Part shown: positions 15,322-17,467 of the stretch, piece by piece | Layout: each line of letters opens with the position of its first letter | Numbering within the stretch: position 1 is the first letter of the stretch | Assembly (NCBI GenBank): GCA_037446135.1 | Contig: JBBIJD010000005.1 | Coordinates: 11,396-28,862, forward strand | Direction: 5' to 3' | DNA length: 17,467 bases | Source of the DNA: Candidatus Fraserbacteria bacterium | GTDB lineage: Bacteria; Bipolaricaulota; Bipolaricaulia; RBG-16-55-9; JANLFV01 | Notes under the pieces: model-generated | Told to the model about the DNA's origin: nothing | The model's input: only the letters and a program-made list of their open reading frames with translations | Databases searched by the model: none | Position numbers and translations under genes: made by a program

Positions 15322-17192
15322 AGAAGGTCATCTACCTCAACCGGGCGCTGTGGGTCTTCCACATGAACACCGGCTCCTGCAACGCCTGTGACATTGAGAT
15401 CATCGCTGCTTTGACGCCGCGATACGATGTCGAGCGGTTCGGGATCAAGCTCGTCGGCTCCCCGCGCCATGCCGATGTCCTGCTCGTCACCGGCCCGGTC
15501 ACCAAATGGATGGAGCCGGTCCTAAGAAGGGTCTACGAGCAGACTCCGGACCCGAAGGCCGTGGTGGTGATCGGGAACTGCGGGAACGATGCCGGGGTCT
15601 TCTACGACTCCTATGCCGTGGTCGGCTCGGTCGATAAAGTAATTCCTGTCGATGTCTACATCCCCGGCTGCCCGCCCCGCCCGGAGGCGATCATCTTCGG
15701 GGTGGTCAAGGCCGTCCAGAAGCTCGAGAATGTGAAGGTCGTCGAGGAGGTCGAGGTCCGTGAGCCCCGGCCAGATGAGCGCCGGATCGAGGTCTTCGTC
15801 AAGTATGAGCCGCGGGAGCCGGTCCCTGAACTCCCCCCTGAGGAGCGGATCACTAACTTCCGGGAGGTCCTCGGGGTCTACACTGAGGAGGCCCTCAAGC
15901 GGGAGGCGGCCCGCTGCCTCCAGTGCCCCGATCCCGCCCCCTGCGTCGAGGCCTGCCCGGCCCATGTCAATGCCAAGAGATACATCAAAGAGGCGAGCGA
16001 GGGGCGCTACTGGGATGCCCTCCAGACGAACCTCGAGCGGCTCCCCTTCCCCGCCTCTTGCGGGCGGGTCTGCCCCCATCCCTGCGAGACGGAGTGCACT
16101 CGCGGGGAGTTCGACCAGCCGATCGCGATCCGTGCGATCAAGCGGTTCGTAGCCGATCGAGGGATGGATAAGCCATGGTATCCTGAGGTCCGGACTCGCC
16201 GGCCCGAGCGGATCGCCGTAGTGGGGGGCGGCCCGGCAGGGCTGACCGTCGCCTGCAAGCTGGCCTTGGAGGGCTTCCGGATCACTATCTTCGAGCGGAG
16301 CGAGGTCGTCGGGGGGATGCTGCTCCAGTCGATCCCGGATTACCGCTTGCCGCCGGAGATCCCGCCGAAGGAGATCGAGGAGATCAAGCGACTGGGTGTG
16401 GAGATCAAGACCGGAATGGAGCTAGGCAAGGACTTCACCATCCAGTCGCTCAAGGATGAGGGCTATACCGCGATCTTCATAGCGACCGGGGCCCATAAGG
16501 ACCAATGGATGGGGATCCCCGGCGAGGACCTTGCGGGGGTCCACGCGGCGGTCGACTGGTTGAAGGAGATCAAGCTCTCCGACCCTAAGGAGCGCCCATC
16601 CCTCAAGGGGAAGAGGGTTATCGTCGTCGGCGGCGGGGATGTGGCGATGGATGCCGCTTGCACCTCCCTCAGATTAGGGGGAGATGTGACGATCATCTAC
16701 CGCCGGGCGCGGGAGCAGATGCCCGCTACTCCGGAGGAGCTCCAGGCCGCGGAGAAGGAGGGGGTCAAGTTCAGCCTCCTGACCAATCCAGTGGAGATCC
16801 TCGGGAAAGATGGGAAGGTCAGAGGCGTCCGGCTGATCCGCATGGAGCTCGGTGAGCCGGACGAATCGGGCCGGCGGCGGCCGATCCCGATCCCCGGCTC
16901 AGAGTTCGAGGTCCCCGCGGATATGGTTATCGAAGCCATCGGGGAGAATCCTGAAGGGGAGCTCCTCGAGAAGATGGGCCTGAAGGTGGCCAAGTGGGGC
17001 GGGATCGAGGTCGACGACCAGATGAGGACCAACCTCGAGGGGGTCTTCGCCGCCGGGGACGCGGTCACCGGTGCGGCCACGATCATCGCCGCGGTCGGCG
17101 GTGCGCTCAAGGCCGTGGAATCGATCAAGGAATACTGTGAGAGGGCACTCGTCGGGGTCGCTCAAAGTCGAGCAAAAGGCGGCAGATCCTAA
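15318..17192 (+). CDS. mbhJ: Fusion: MbhJ (NuoB-like small subunit) + GltD/NfnB(SudA)-like FAD/NAD(P)H-binding Fe-S oxidoreductase (624 aa)
   Basis: ATG 15318 (ATGA overlap with mbhI stop, GGAGG RBS). N-terminal GSCNACDIE, GSPRHAD, GNCG, PGCPPRPE; then EAARCLQCPDPAPCVEACP, CGRVCPHPCETECTR, GGGPAG, IPDYRLP, GGGDVAMDAA, YRR, GEPDESGRRRP, GVFAAGD. Confidence 0.92.
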   Translation: MKKVIYLNRALWVFHMNTGSCNACDIEIIAALTPRYDVERFGIKLVGSPRHADVLLVTGPVTKWMEPVLRRVYEQTPDPKAVVVIGNCGNDAGVFYDSYAVVGSVDKVIPVDVYIPGCPPRPEAIIFGVVKAVQKLENVKVVEEVEVREPRPDERRIEVFVKYEPREPVPELPPEERITNFREVLGVYTEEALKREAARCLQCPDPAPCVEACPAHVNAKRYIKEASEGRYWDALQTNLERLPFPASCGRVCPHPCETECTRGEFDQPIAIRAIKRFVADRGMDKPWYPEVRTRRPERIAVVGGGPAGLTVACKLALEGFRITIFERSEVVGGMLLQSIPDYRLPPEIPPKEIEEIKRLGVEIKTGMELGKDFTIQSLKDEGYTAIFIATGAHKDQWMGIPGEDLAGVHAAVDWLKEIKLSDPKERPSLKGKRVIVVGGGDVAMDAACTSLRLGGDVTIIYRRAREQMPATPEELQAAEKEGVKFSLLTNPVEILGKDGKVRGVRLIRMELGEPDESGRRRPIPIPGSEFEVPADMVIEAIGENPEGELLEKMGLKVAKWGGIEVDDQMRTNLEGVFAAGDAVTGAATIIAAVGGALKAVESIKEYCERALVGVAQSRAKGGRS

Positions 17193-17220
17193 TCCTAGGG
17201 CCCGTCCATCAAGCGAGGCT

Positions 17221-17451
17221 GTGGCCTGGTTCGCCTCCCTGGAGGAGTTTGCCGCGGCCATCACCGGTCCGGATCTCGCACCTCGGGAGCAGCTCAAGCG
17301 GGAGATGTTCGTCCAGATCGGGAAGGAGTTCTACAAATGGGTCGGGGCCGTCTGCCCCTACTCCCGTGACCACCATATCGTAGTCAAGGGCCCGGAAGGC
17401 CAGTGTTACTGCCCCCACTGCCGCTCATTCATCGAGCCGGTCTGGTTCTGA
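17221..17451 (+). CDS. Small hypothetical protein with a possible C-terminal metal-binding (zinc-ribbon-like) motif, 76 aa
   Basis: GTG 17221 with GAGG upstream, 28 nt after the preceding stop; CPYSRDHH...CYCPHC; GC-rich third codon positions like the neighbouring genes. Confidence 0.55.
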   Translation: MAWFASLEEFAAAITGPDLAPREQLKREMFVQIGKEFYKWVGAVCPYSRDHHIVVKGPEGQCYCPHCRSFIEPVWF

Positions 17452-17467
17452 AACACCTCAAGAGCCC

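Noticed and set aside
15813..17192. Glutamate synthase small subunit (gltD) acting in nitrogen assimilation
   Set aside because: No gltB is in the window and the domain is fused to a hydrogenase subunit; the fold is widely reused as an NAD(P)H module.
271..17418. Numerous overlapping alternative-frame and antisense ORFs in the track (e.g. 271-612, 1747-2175, 6335-6847, 7057-7239, 10781-11035, 15522-16079, 16899-17297)
   Set aside because: They are shadows of well-supported genes in GC-rich DNA and show no recognisable motifs.

Overview
GC-rich prokaryotic window, most likely bacterial (sigma70-type promoters, Shine-Dalgarno sites), almost entirely filled by a hydrogenase supercluster with three modules. 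(1) 1-4700, minus strand: a group 4 membrane-bound [NiFe]-hydrogenase operon that runs off the left edge (NuoH-like, small subunit, an unusual [2Fe-2S]/RnfB-type FeS/NuoC fusion, intact large subunit, antiporter-like subunit). (2) 4781-7619: an MvhG/MvhA-like (group 3c-type) pair whose small subunit keeps its Fe-S cysteines but whose large subunit has no cysteine at all and has lost the NiFe-site signature residues; a HycI-type maturation protease lies divergently. (3) 7632-17192: a complete 14-gene Mrp-Mbh hydrogenase split into divergent mbhKLMN and mbhA-J units, with MbhJ fused in frame to a GltD/NfnB-like FAD/NAD(P)H oxidoreductase. Both divergent promoter regions share the same layout of tandem Crp/Fnr-like palindromes. 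A small Cys/His-rich ORF ends the window. No RNA genes, CRISPR arrays or transposases were seen. Family calls come from motif recognition by eye, not database searches.
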